Source: Patescibacteria group bacterium
GTDB lineage: Bacteria; Patescibacteriota; Microgenomatia; 2-02-FULL-39-11
Length of the DNA stretch: 64,000 bases
Reading direction: 5' to 3'
NCBI GenBank assembly: GCA_023379265.1
Contig: JAMCUI010000009.1
Span: 252,908 to 316,907 of the forward strand
Both the position numbers and the translations under genes were made by a program. The notes below the pieces were generated by a model. That model had not been told where the DNA came from. It saw only the letters and a list, made by a program, of their open reading frames with translations, and searched no databases. Of the stretch, positions 9,386 through 19,407 are shown in pieces (position 1 is the first letter of the stretch; every line of letters begins with the position of its first letter).

Positions 9386-11030
9386 ATTAAAAGCAGGAAT
9401 ATTACTTCTTGCAATCATAATTTTTTCCGCAGTTTTGCGTATTGTCTGGCTTGGTAACTTTCCTGCTTCTTTATATACGGATGAAGCTGACCAAGGATAT
9501 AATGCATATTCTATACTTTTGACGGGAAGAGACGAACATGGTGTATTTCTACCAGTATCGATGAGATCTTTTGGAGATTGGAAGCCGCCCCTACCGACCT
9601 ACCTTATGATTCCATTTATATATTTCTCAGACTTAAATAGTGTCGCCATCAGGATGCCTTCTGCTCTCTCGGGTGTAGGGACTATTGTTCTTACTTATTT
9701 ACTGGTTGTTGAACTTTTCTCCCGCCAAAAATATAAGACAAAAATTGCTCTTTTATCCGCATTTTTTTTATCAATCTCACCTTGGCATATTTTGCAAAGC
9801 CGATCGGCGATGCTTGTTGTCATAAGCCTTTTTTTTCTTGAAGCGGGAGTACTTTTTTTCCTTTGGTATAGGAAAAAGGCTTCAATGTTAATTTTTTCGG
9901 CTATCTTTTTTTCCTTATCAATTTACGCATATTACGGAATGCGTGTAATTACGCCTCTCGTAATCTTGCTTATGTATTTAAGAGAGAGGAAGAATATTGT
10001 TTTGCTATCTAAAGAGGTGATAGTCGGATTTCTGGCGGGAATAATCATTCTTATTCCTCTTTTTGCCGGCATTGTCAAAAATAAGGATGTTCTTTTGGGT
10101 CGCGCGCAGACCGTCAGTGTTTTTTACGACCAAGGTGTAAAACTTTTGCAGTGGGAATATATAGCCCAGGACGGGGTGAAGCAAGTTTCACCTACCATTA
10201 CAAGGTTATTTCATAACAACGTTACTATGTATGTACAGAATATAATCAGACGGTATCTTTCACATTTTGACGGTGATTACCTTTTCTTCACTGGTGACAA
10301 AGCAGAGCCTTTTGAAATACCCAATATGGGAATTTTATATATTCCCGACGGAATATTTATTCTGGCAGGAATAATATTATTGATAAAACGAGGATATAAA
10401 GGTATAGACTTACTGTTGGGATTTTTACTTATATCGTTCATACCTGCTGCATTTACATTTATGACTCCGTCAACTAATCGGACATTCAATGCCGTTGTGC
10501 CTTTGGTTATATTTTCGTCTGGGTGCGCTGTATATTTATCAAGCCTGATGAATAAAAGTATAATACCGGGTCTCGCAATAAGTTTGGTTTATACGGTTTT
10601 ATTTGCATATTTTATGCAGCAGTATTTTCTTGTCCTGCCCAAAAAACATTCCGATTGGTGGAATTGGGGTTGGAAGCAAGTGGTGAATTATGTCAGCGGA
10701 GTGGATAGTAGATACAATAATGTGATCGTTGCTGATGTGAATGGCATGCCGTATATATATTTTCTTTTCTATACTAAATATAATCCCGCGCTTTATCAAA
10801 AGCAAGCAGTAAGGCCATATGTGCCGGATCGATTTGGTTTCGAACATGTCGAAGGGTTCGGGAAATTCTGGTTCCCTAAAAATTTTGAATGGAAGTATGT
10901 AAAAAATGATCTGCAAAAGGATACTTTATACGTTGTGCCGGCAGATCAGGCTCCCGGGAATGACGGCTATATCAAAGAAATAGACAATCCTGCCGGTAAA
11001 CCGTTATTTAAAATTTTCAGCAGTTTATAA
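9372..11030 (+). CDS. GT-C fold glycosyltransferase, ArnT/PMT-like, array copy 2
   Basis: 'YTDEADQGYNAYSILLTGRDEHG', 'SISPWHILQSRSAM', and C-terminal 'GWKQVVNYV...MPYIYFLFYTKYNPALYQK'. Confidence 0.7.
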   Translation: MYHIKLKAGILLLAIIIFSAVLRIVWLGNFPASLYTDEADQGYNAYSILLTGRDEHGVFLPVSMRSFGDWKPPLPTYLMIPFIYFSDLNSVAIRMPSALSGVGTIVLTYLLVVELFSRQKYKTKIALLSAFFLSISPWHILQSRSAMLVVISLFFLEAGVLFFLWYRKKASMLIFSAIFFSLSIYAYYGMRVITPLVILLMYLRERKNIVLLSKEVIVGFLAGIIILIPLFAGIVKNKDVLLGRAQTVSVFYDQGVKLLQWEYIAQDGVKQVSPTITRLFHNNVTMYVQNIIRRYLSHFDGDYLFFTGDKAEPFEIPNMGILYIPDGIFILAGIILLIKRGYKGIDLLLGFLLISFIPAAFTFMTPSTNRTFNAVVPLVIFSSGCAVYLSSLMNKSIIPGLAISLVYTVLFAYFMQQYFLVLPKKHSDWWNWGWKQVVNYVSGVDSRYNNVIVADVNGMPYIYFLFYTKYNPALYQKQAVRPYVPDRFGFEHVEGFGKFWFPKNFEWKYVKNDLQKDTLYVVPADQAPGNDGYIKEIDNPAGKPLFKIFSSL

Positions 11031-12790
11031 TGAAAAGGAAATATCTTCTTATATTTCTTATCCTTATTTTGGGGTTTGTGCTCAGGGTGTGGAATACAAA
11101 TTATGCTCCTCCTGGTTTAAATCGTGATGAAGCCGCGATAGGTTACAATGCTTATTCAATACTGAGAACGGGAAAGGATGAATACGGGAAGTTTCTTCCT
11201 TTATCGTTCAAGTCTTTTGGTGACTGGAAGTTGCCATTCTATATTTATTTGGATGTTATTCCAGTAAAACTTTTTTCGCTGACGCCTTTTTCAGTCCGCC
11301 TTCCTTCTATATTTTTAGGCACTGCTACAATCCTGACTGTATATTTTTTGGTTAAGGAACTCTTAAGAAATAAAAGAAAATCAGATATTATTGCACTTTT
11401 GTCAGCATTTTTTATATCAATTTCTCCCTGGCATATACATTTTTCCCGGGTTGCCGCAGAAGCAAACGTAGCCGTATTTTTTGTCGTTTTGGGGTTGTAT
11501 TTCTTTATAAAAGGAATTAAAACACCAATTTACCTTTTATACTCGTCAACGAGTTTTGGTCTAAGCATGTATACTTATCACGGCAATCATGTATTTACTC
11601 CTCTTCTACTTTTGGCTCTTTTTGTTTATATCCTAAAATCCCATAGAGGGTTAAAAACTGTTTTCATGTTTATTTTGCCCGTATTTTTGTTGGGTTCAGT
11701 TGTATTTGCTAATACACTTTTGGGAGCGGACAGGACAAAAATTTCCGGCTTGACGCCCCTGTCGGATGTATCACTGGTATACCAGAAAGTAGCGTTACCG
11801 AGATTTGACCATACAAATCCGTATTCCAAACTGACTCTTGCCTACCATAATAAAATAACTTTTCTGATTGGAAGGTTTCTACAAGGGTATTATATGGGTT
11901 TTTCACCAGAATTTCTGTTCATAAAGGGAGGAAATAACCTGCAGCACAATATACCGGATTTCGGTAACCTTTATATGTGGGATGCGCCATTTTTTCTTTT
12001 GGGATTATTTTATATTTTAAGGGATAGATTGAGATGGCGCTATATATTGCTATTTTGGTTGCTGATTTCTCCGGTTGCAGCAGCCATTACTAAGGATGCA
12101 CCGCATTCAGCCAGGATGATTGCCTTTTTACCGTTACCGTATATTTTATCGGCAGTAGGATTTCTAGTATTGTCTAAGAGTATCAGGAAACGGGTATTAC
12201 AAGATATATTTTTGTTTGGGTCAGGAGTACTTCTCATCATCAATTTTACTTTTTACCTTGATCGGTATTTTATTCATTTCCCAAAATTATTGGAAGCACA
12301 GTGGGGAGGAGGGTACAAACAATTGGTTGAGGATGTAGATAGTTTATCTCCCAGATATAAGAATATAGTTATTGATAATCCTGACAATTCACCTTATATT
12401 TATTTTCTTTTTTATAAAAGAACTGACCCGAAACTATATCAGAAAAATGTCGTAAGATACCCTACAGATATAGAAGGATTCCAAAATGTCAAAAGTTTCG
12501 GAGGTATCACTTATAAGAAAATAGATTGGGCTGATGATTTGGTTATCCCCAACAGATTATTAATTTCCTGGGTTGATTCAACCCCGGCAGGTGCAACAGG
12601 AAGTGCTGTTCTTGTGACAAATAAACTTCTTTCACATGTTGAAGAAAAGTTCGGCGGCAGAAATTTTAATCTGGCAGTGGGGGATAAGGTGACAAGTAAA
12701 ATTCTCAAAACGATCAGACTTAAAAATGGAATTTCCCAGTTTTATATATTAGATATTGAGCGAACACCGGCTGCATTAATAAATAAATAA
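11030..12790 (+). CDS. GT-C fold glycosyltransferase, ArnT/PMT-like, array copy 3
   Basis: 'NRDEAAIGYNAYSILRTGKDEYG', 'SISPWHIHFSRVAAEANV', 'DAPHSARMIAFLP' and 'SPYIYFLFYKRTDPKLYQKN'. TAATG overlap with copy 2. Confidence 0.7.
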   Translation: MKRKYLLIFLILILGFVLRVWNTNYAPPGLNRDEAAIGYNAYSILRTGKDEYGKFLPLSFKSFGDWKLPFYIYLDVIPVKLFSLTPFSVRLPSIFLGTATILTVYFLVKELLRNKRKSDIIALLSAFFISISPWHIHFSRVAAEANVAVFFVVLGLYFFIKGIKTPIYLLYSSTSFGLSMYTYHGNHVFTPLLLLALFVYILKSHRGLKTVFMFILPVFLLGSVVFANTLLGADRTKISGLTPLSDVSLVYQKVALPRFDHTNPYSKLTLAYHNKITFLIGRFLQGYYMGFSPEFLFIKGGNNLQHNIPDFGNLYMWDAPFFLLGLFYILRDRLRWRYILLFWLLISPVAAAITKDAPHSARMIAFLPLPYILSAVGFLVLSKSIRKRVLQDIFLFGSGVLLIINFTFYLDRYFIHFPKLLEAQWGGGYKQLVEDVDSLSPRYKNIVIDNPDNSPYIYFLFYKRTDPKLYQKNVVRYPTDIEGFQNVKSFGGITYKKIDWADDLVIPNRLLISWVDSTPAGATGSAVLVTNKLLSHVEEKFGGRNFNLAVGDKVTSKILKTIRLKNGISQFYILDIERTPAALINK

Positions 12791-12794
12791 TATA

Positions 12795-14423
12795 ATGAAT
12801 AAGAAAAAAGTTTTATTTGTTCTGATACTTATCTTATCTGTCTTTCTTAGGTTCTATAAGATCTCGACAGTTCCCACGGGATTATACAGTGATGAAGCGG
12901 CGTATGGTTATAATGCCTATTCCATCCTGCTGACGGGTAAGGATGAATATGGTACCCATTTTCCTTTGGCATTCAAGTCCTTTGGTGACTACAAGACTCC
13001 TCTTTATATATATTTTATGGTTCCGTTTGTAAGAGTATTTGGACTGACTATAGAAGCAGTCAGATATTCCTCAGTATTTTTGGGTTTGGCTCTTATCGTT
13101 ATTGTTTATCTTCTCTCAGGCCGTATGTTCCAGAGATCCTCGGTTTCTCTTCTGAGTGCTTTTTTTGTTTCGGTATTTCCCTTCGGTCTACAATTCAACC
13201 GTATGGCGCATGAGAATAATTTGTCAGTCGTGCTTCTTTCTCTTGGGGTTTTGCTATTTTTATATTCTTTCGAGTACAAAAAGCTGATAATACTATCTTT
13301 TATTGCATTTGCCATGTCTATGTATGCGTATCATGACACCCGTGTTATTGTTCCGTGCCTTCTTGCAAGCCTTCTTATTATATTCAGAAGTCAGTTATAT
13401 GATATGAAAAAACAGATTGGAGTAGCAGTAGTTTCCGGCATAATCTTGTTGCTTCCGTTTGTGGATATTGTGAGATCTCCCGATTTCTGGTCAAGGCCTA
13501 GTTTCACCGCAGTTACAACAGACGCGGGTATAAGGAATGAAATTAATCAGGAAAGAGGCGAAGATAAACTATACGGCTTTTTACTTCCAGCCTTCTTTCA
13601 CAATAAACCTTTGTCATACGCATTTACTTTCTTAGATAATTATTTCAAACATTTTTCAGCAGATTTTTTCTTTTTCAGAGGGGATACTGTAACAATATAC
13701 AGAACTTTAGGAAACGGCGTGCTTTATATAGCAGTCCTGCCATTTCTTGTTTTCGGAGCATATTTTCTTGTAAGAAAGAAAAGTGTCTATAATCAGGTAA
13801 TTATTGCCTGGATGATAATTTCTCCGATTCCGGCAGCACTAACCAGATTTGTCCCATCAGCAAGCAGAACATTATCTCTATTACCTATTCTAAGTATCAT
13901 TGTTGCAATAGGAATTGTTTCACTAATTGATAACAAAAAATATTCAAATATTAATCGAGTAATTTATTTACTCATAACAGTGGTTATATCATTTAATGTG
14001 GCGTATTATTTACATATGTACTATTTCAACTCTCCTGTCAGATATGCAAAGGATTGGCATTTCGGGATGCAAACGGTTATAAATGAGGTTGTTAACCTTC
14101 AGTCTAAATATAAACAGGTTTGGTTTAGTCGTAATGCATGGGGATATATTTATCCGCTTTTCTATATGAAATACCCGCCAAGCGAATATCAAAAAGAAGC
14201 AAAATTAAGCAATCTGAACGAATACGGATTTGGCTGGGTTGACGGATTTGGCAAATACAAATTCGGGGATTTCCCTCCAAAATTTGAAAACATGAGAGAT
14301 ACGCTATTTGTTGGAACGCCAAATGACTTTCCTAAGTTAAATAATGCAATATATACAGAATATTATCCTGATAAAAGTAAAGCTTTTATATTGGCTGATT
14401 ACGATTCTCTTCACACAAAATGA
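12795..14423 (+). CDS. GT-C fold glycosyltransferase, ArnT/PMT-like, array copy 4
   Basis: 'YSDEAAYGYNAYSILLTGKDEYG', 'YHDTRVIVP' and 'GYIYPLFYMKYPPSEYQKE'. The 'SPWH' motif has diverged to 'FPFGLQFNR'. Confidence 0.65.
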   Translation: MNKKKVLFVLILILSVFLRFYKISTVPTGLYSDEAAYGYNAYSILLTGKDEYGTHFPLAFKSFGDYKTPLYIYFMVPFVRVFGLTIEAVRYSSVFLGLALIVIVYLLSGRMFQRSSVSLLSAFFVSVFPFGLQFNRMAHENNLSVVLLSLGVLLFLYSFEYKKLIILSFIAFAMSMYAYHDTRVIVPCLLASLLIIFRSQLYDMKKQIGVAVVSGIILLLPFVDIVRSPDFWSRPSFTAVTTDAGIRNEINQERGEDKLYGFLLPAFFHNKPLSYAFTFLDNYFKHFSADFFFFRGDTVTIYRTLGNGVLYIAVLPFLVFGAYFLVRKKSVYNQVIIAWMIISPIPAALTRFVPSASRTLSLLPILSIIVAIGIVSLIDNKKYSNINRVIYLLITVVISFNVAYYLHMYYFNSPVRYAKDWHFGMQTVINEVVNLQSKYKQVWFSRNAWGYIYPLFYMKYPPSEYQKEAKLSNLNEYGFGWVDGFGKYKFGDFPPKFENMRDTLFVGTPNDFPKLNNAIYTEYYPDKSKAFILADYDSLHTK

Positions 14424-16084
14424 AGATAAATTTTTTGATTGTTTTGATACTGATATTAAGCATTTTTCTGCGTTTTTGGCATCTTAATGAGTTCCCTGCA
14501 ACACTTTATGGAGATGAACAAGCTTTTGCCTGGAATGCTTACAATATCCTTTTGACCGGCAAGGATGAGTATGGGAAGCCCTTTCCTCTAGAATTCAGGT
14601 CGTTTGACGACTACAAAGCTCCAATCCCAGTATATATACTTGTGCCATTTTTCAAGGTGATGGGGATGAATATGTTTTCCATAAGGCTTCCAGTAGCAAT
14701 TTCTTCCGTAATAACGGTTTATGCAGTATATCTTCTTTCAGGATTATTTTTCAGGAAGAAAGCTTCGCTAATAATTACTTTTCTTATGGCAATTTCTCCA
14801 TGGCATATACATCTGTCCAGGGGTTATTTTGAGGCAACGATGAGTCTGTTGTTTTTTATACTGGGTATTTATTTCTATTTTGCCAGTAAGAATAGGTTGA
14901 AGATTATGTTTTTTGGGATATTTTTTTTCGCCCTATCGCTTTACACGTATTTCACCCCAAGAATTCTTGTACCCATTTTTCTTCTGTTTCTTTTTATTTA
15001 CAGCTATAAATATCGAGACCGGTTAGTAACAGCTAAAGAAATGTTGAAGAAGTTTACAGTCAGTTTCATATTTTTTATCATACTTATTTCTCCCCTTATT
15101 AAAGTAACATTTTTCGGAGAAGGATTATCACGTTTCAACAAACTTACTGGTTCGCTAGAATTAGAAGCAGTCCAAACTGTTGTTAAAGAAAGAAACACTT
15201 CAAATTTATCAGCCAGATGGAAACCTTTGTTTCATAATAGATATTTAGCAACGGTAAGATTGGTTGCCGATAATTATCTAGAGCTTTTGTCTCCAAACTT
15301 CTGGTACATTTATGGAGACAGTTCCTTGCGGTATTTTACCGGCAATATGGGTATGTTCTACCTTCTGGAGTTTCCGTTTTTTATTGTCGGAGCATATCTG
15401 CTGTTTGTTAAAAAAAGAAAAGTCGCCTTATTTTTCTTTGTGTGGATCCTCTTGGCGCCTATTCCAGCAGCTTTAGTAGGAAAACCATATGCAGTGCGGA
15501 CTCTGGCAATCCTTCCGGCGCCATTTATTTTTGTCGGATATGGAATATATAAAAGCTTTGATATGGTAAAGTATATGTTTGGCAGACGTATTCTTACAGT
15601 ATCATTGGTTTTACTTTTTACCCTCTCTCTTTTTACACTTCTAATAAGGTATTACATGGAATATCCGGTTTATGCTGCAACTTGGTGGGGGTGGGAAAAT
15701 AAAGCGGCTATAGATTATGCAATGGCACGGTCGACAAAATATAAGGATATATTCATTTCAAATTTTTACAGCGGCGCTACATTGGCTTTTGCCGTCTATA
15801 ATCATTATGATCCAATACAATACAGATATGCCATAAATCATCCTGTCACTATGGCTGACGGAAGACATCTTGTAAAACTGGGAAAGTATTATTTTGGTTC
15901 CTTGGATCTTAATAAAAATAGGTTAGAAGAGAAGATAATTCCTACCGACAGCCTTTATATAGGACGTCCCGAAGAACCAAGGGGAGAAGACCAAATAGTT
16001 GCTCCTGACGACGGAAGGCTAATTTTTGTCGTGCATGATACATTGCGTAAAAAATGTTATATTTATGCGAAAATTCCCTGCTGA
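14420..16084 (+). CDS. GT-C fold glycosyltransferase, ArnT/PMT-like, array copy 5
   Basis: 'YGDEQAFAWNAYNILLTGKDEYG', 'AISPWHIHLSRGYFEA' and 'KPYAVRTLAILP'. ATGA overlap with copy 4. Confidence 0.7.
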   Translation: MKINFLIVLILILSIFLRFWHLNEFPATLYGDEQAFAWNAYNILLTGKDEYGKPFPLEFRSFDDYKAPIPVYILVPFFKVMGMNMFSIRLPVAISSVITVYAVYLLSGLFFRKKASLIITFLMAISPWHIHLSRGYFEATMSLLFFILGIYFYFASKNRLKIMFFGIFFFALSLYTYFTPRILVPIFLLFLFIYSYKYRDRLVTAKEMLKKFTVSFIFFIILISPLIKVTFFGEGLSRFNKLTGSLELEAVQTVVKERNTSNLSARWKPLFHNRYLATVRLVADNYLELLSPNFWYIYGDSSLRYFTGNMGMFYLLEFPFFIVGAYLLFVKKRKVALFFFVWILLAPIPAALVGKPYAVRTLAILPAPFIFVGYGIYKSFDMVKYMFGRRILTVSLVLLFTLSLFTLLIRYYMEYPVYAATWWGWENKAAIDYAMARSTKYKDIFISNFYSGATLAFAVYNHYDPIQYRYAINHPVTMADGRHLVKLGKYYFGSLDLNKNRLEEKIIPTDSLYIGRPEEPRGEDQIVAPDDGRLIFVVHDTLRKKCYIYAKIPC

Positions 16085-16086
16085 AC

Positions 16087-17706
16087 ATGATTAAAAAAAA
16101 TATTGCAATTATATTTATAATTCTGTTATTGTCCGCAATGCTCAGGTTGTACAGGATAAACATAAATCCGCCATCACTTTCATGGGATGAAGCTTCACTC
16201 GGGTATAATGCATTTCTTATTGGGTCATCTCTTCATGATGAGCATGGGGAATACATTCCTTTGGCACGTTTTATTGCCTTTGGAGATTATAAACCTCCAG
16301 GATATATATATGCGGACGTTCTGCCCGTCCGTCTTTTAGGGCTGAATGAGTTTTCCGTCAGATTTCCGTCTGCTGTTTCCGGAATATTGATGGTTTTAGT
16401 GACATATCTTTTAGTAAAGGAATTATTCGGAAGCAAGAGAATCGCTCTACTAGCGTCTTTATTTATTGGTATCTCGCCATGGTCACTGCAACTTTCGCGG
16501 GCGGCATACGAGGCAAATATGGCGGCCTTTTTGAATTTGTCGGGAGTTTATTTTTTCCTCCTGTCACGGAAGAGGAAATGGTTTTTAGCTCTATCGGTAG
16601 TGTTATTCATTGCTTCATTTTATACTTTCAATGCCAACAGGATAATCGCACCGTTTCTTCTATTATTCCTATCAGTCTATTTTTGGAGGGATATGCTTTC
16701 AAATAAGAAGTGGGTCATTATTTCAGTGCTTATGGGTATGGTGTTAGTTTCTCCTAGCATACAGTATCTCTTAAGCCGTGAAAGCAAGCTTCGTTTGCAA
16801 GAAGTATCCATTTTCAATAATCTTGCTCCCTTAAAACAATCAAATGAAATGATAGCATATGATAAAGGAGCTTGGTGGGCAAAAATAATTCATAACAGAA
16901 GAGTGCTTTATGGAATGGATTTCCTGAAGCACTATTTTGACAATTTTACCGGTAGGTTTCTCTTTGTCGAAGGCGATGCAAATCCCAGGTTGTCAGTGCA
17001 AAACATGGGGGAACTTTATGTTTTTGATCTATTTTTTCTCATTGCTGGGGGATTCTGGTTATTTAAAAAGAAAAAAGATGTCTTCTGGCCTCTTATTTTT
17101 TGGATGATTATAGTACCAATTCCTTCAGCCTTGGCAAAGGAAACTCCACATGCTTTGAGGATTGTATCAATACTGCCAGTATACCAGATTATTATCGCCT
17201 ATGGGGTCTATATGACTTTTAATAAATTAAAAGTAAGATTACCTTTCAATATATTTCAAACCGCATTGGTTATGATTGTATTAGTTCTTACTGCCTGCGT
17301 CTATTATTATTTGCACAATTATTATATTCATTATCCAATTGACTGGAGTGGTGAATGGCAATACGGGTATAAACAGATGGTTTCCTATGTGACGCCGCTT
17401 GAAAGCAAGTATGACCATATTTTTGTGACAGAGTCTTATGGTAGGCCCTATATATATTTTGCTTTTTACAACAGGTATACGGAGGGTAAACTTCTTAAAA
17501 TAAAGAAAGGTTCCAGGGACTGGTTTGGTTTTTGGCACGTATCGGATCTGGGTAAGATACATTTCGGTTTTGACAATCTGCAAAAATCCAAAGGGAAAAT
17601 ACTGATTGTGACAACATCCGGTAATATGCCCGGAGGTTATAAAGAGATAAAGGAAATACCAAATCTTAAGGGCGACACTGTATTTATCATCGGAAAGAAA
17701 TTATGA
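16087..17706 (+). CDS. GT-C fold glycosyltransferase, ArnT/PMT-like, array copy 6
   Basis: 'SWDEASLGYNAFLIG', 'GISPWSLQLSRAAYEANM', 'ETPHALRIVSILP' and 'GYKQMVSYV...RPYIYFAFYNRY'. I chose the ATG at 16087 (MIKKNIAIIF), right after the upstream stop. Confidence 0.7.
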   Translation: MIKKNIAIIFIILLLSAMLRLYRININPPSLSWDEASLGYNAFLIGSSLHDEHGEYIPLARFIAFGDYKPPGYIYADVLPVRLLGLNEFSVRFPSAVSGILMVLVTYLLVKELFGSKRIALLASLFIGISPWSLQLSRAAYEANMAAFLNLSGVYFFLLSRKRKWFLALSVVLFIASFYTFNANRIIAPFLLLFLSVYFWRDMLSNKKWVIISVLMGMVLVSPSIQYLLSRESKLRLQEVSIFNNLAPLKQSNEMIAYDKGAWWAKIIHNRRVLYGMDFLKHYFDNFTGRFLFVEGDANPRLSVQNMGELYVFDLFFLIAGGFWLFKKKKDVFWPLIFWMIIVPIPSALAKETPHALRIVSILPVYQIIIAYGVYMTFNKLKVRLPFNIFQTALVMIVLVLTACVYYYLHNYYIHYPIDWSGEWQYGYKQMVSYVTPLESKYDHIFVTESYGRPYIYFAFYNRYTEGKLLKIKKGSRDWFGFWHVSDLGKIHFGFDNLQKSKGKILIVTTSGNMPGGYKEIKEIPNLKGDTVFIIGKKL

Positions 17707-19316
17707 AATATAAAATAGCCCTGATTTCAATTATTGCTCTTGCCTTTTTTCTCAGATTTTGGCAGTTGGGAGCCAATCCTGCGTCTTTGGATTGGGACGA
17801 GGCTTCATTGGGATACAATGCCTATTCGATATTGAAAACAGGACGTGATGAATATGGTAGGTTTTTGCCTTTATCGATAAAATCATTCGGAGATTATAAG
17901 CCGCCATTATATTCTTATTTGACTATAATTCCTGTGGCAATCCTTGGGCTGACTGAATTTTCGACACGGTTTACATCGGCATTCTTCGGATTCTTAGCTG
18001 TTATTGTAGCGTATTTCCTTATAAAGGAGCTTTTTCCAAAAAGAAGTCGCCGGTTTTATCTTTTTTTCACTTTTCTTTTCTCTATTTCTCCCTGGCAGAT
18101 ACAGTTTTCCCGCGTGGCTTTTGAAGCAAACCTAGGCCTTTTCTTTTTCATGGGAGGAGTATTATTTTTCCTCAAAGGCTTAAGAAAGAAATTGTGGTAT
18201 CTTTTTTCTGCATTTTTCTTTGCTTTATCAATTTATGCCTATCACAGCCCTAGGCTCATAAGCCCACTGATGCTTTTGGGACTTTTGTTTATTTTTAGAA
18301 AGTACGTTGTAAAAAATCTAAAATGGCTTGTGGTAAGTATTGTCGTTTTGGGTTTTCTTGTGGCGCCGGTTTATATAGAAATGAGAACTACAGGCGCAAG
18401 ACTTGGTTCGGTCACAATAATGAATGATCAGGAGAGGTTGGGTAACAGTATCGGCAAAATAGAATTTGATCGCGGGAGAAGTGATCTTTTGGGTGTTTTG
18501 ACACACAACAGACGTGTAGTATACGGATTTGATATTCTAGCTGGATATCTTGACCACTTTAACTTTGATTTTCTTTTCCTCTATGGTGATGCGCCTGGCC
18601 GCCACCATGCCCTGAATATGGGAATGCTTTATCTCTGGACTCTGCCGTTTATACTTTTTGGATTTTATTACATGTTAAACCATAGGGATGAAAGAGCATG
18701 CGTTATATTTCTGTGGTTTCTTCTGGCACCTGCCGCAGCCTCAATAACAACTGGTACTCCTCATGCGGTGCGCTCATTGGAGTTTATCCCTACTTACCAG
18801 ATTTTTACAGCTGTTGGATTTTTTGAACTTCTATATATTCTGAGGGAGAAAATAAGACCGGAATTTTATAAGTCTTTTGTATCCTTGGCTGTATTTCTAC
18901 TACTAGTAAACTTTTTTTATTATATGCAAATGTATTGGGTTCATACGCCGGTTATGGATTCCCAATCCTGGCAGTATGGATATAAACAGGCTGTTACTGT
19001 CGTAGATAAATATGCATCAAATTACAAAAGAATAATTGTAACTTATAGGTATGACCAGCCGTATGTATTTTTCCTTTTTTACAATAAAACTGATCCTGTT
19101 TGGTACCAAAAAAACTGGGGAAGTGGACAGATTCAGCGGGCAAACAGGTCGTTTGGCAAATATGAGTTTCGCAATATCGATTGGGCAATAGATTCAAAGT
19201 TGAGTGACACACTTCTAGTGGGTACTCCTGATGAAATTCCGCCCGGCGCAGGCAAGCTTCTATCTGAGATTCATTTTTTGGATGGCAGTGTTGCCTTCAG
19301 GATAGTGGGAAGGTAA
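17703..19316 (+). CDS. GT-C fold glycosyltransferase, ArnT/PMT-like, array copy 7
   Basis: 'DWDEASLGYNAYSILKTGRDEYG', 'SISPWQIQFSRVAFEANL', 'GTPHAVRSLEFIP' and 'GYKQAVTVV...QPYVFFLFYNKTDPVWYQKN'. ATGA overlap with copy 6. Confidence 0.7.
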   Translation: MKYKIALISIIALAFFLRFWQLGANPASLDWDEASLGYNAYSILKTGRDEYGRFLPLSIKSFGDYKPPLYSYLTIIPVAILGLTEFSTRFTSAFFGFLAVIVAYFLIKELFPKRSRRFYLFFTFLFSISPWQIQFSRVAFEANLGLFFFMGGVLFFLKGLRKKLWYLFSAFFFALSIYAYHSPRLISPLMLLGLLFIFRKYVVKNLKWLVVSIVVLGFLVAPVYIEMRTTGARLGSVTIMNDQERLGNSIGKIEFDRGRSDLLGVLTHNRRVVYGFDILAGYLDHFNFDFLFLYGDAPGRHHALNMGMLYLWTLPFILFGFYYMLNHRDERACVIFLWFLLAPAAASITTGTPHAVRSLEFIPTYQIFTAVGFFELLYILREKIRPEFYKSFVSLAVFLLLVNFFYYMQMYWVHTPVMDSQSWQYGYKQAVTVVDKYASNYKRIIVTYRYDQPYVFFLFYNKTDPVWYQKNWGSGQIQRANRSFGKYEFRNIDWAIDSKLSDTLLVGTPDEIPPGAGKLLSEIHFLDGSVAFRIVGR

Positions 19317-19317
19317 A

Positions 19318-19350
19318 CCCATCTTACTTTTCGTAGAAATGTTAGATGGG
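19318..19350 (+). terminator. Stem-loop immediately after the GT-C array stop (candidate terminator, no U-tract)
   Basis: CCCATCT (19318-19324) pairs with AGATGGG (19344-19350). An inner TTTTC/GAAA stem flanks a GTA loop. It lies 2 nt after the TAA of ORF 17703-19316. Confidence 0.3.
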
Positions 19351-19369
19351 TATATACTGAGTAACCAAG

Positions 19370-19397
19370 TTGCAGACCTGAGTTAAAGAAGTATAAA
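19370..19397 (+). promoter_or_regulatory. Candidate sigma70-like promoter for the galE-glf operon
   Basis: TTGCAG (19370-19375), a 16-nt spacer, then TATAAA (19392-19397). The ATG at 19408 is only ~4-10 nt from the predicted TSS, so the leader is short. Confidence 0.3.
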
Positions 19398-19407
19398 ATA
19401 TCAGAAT

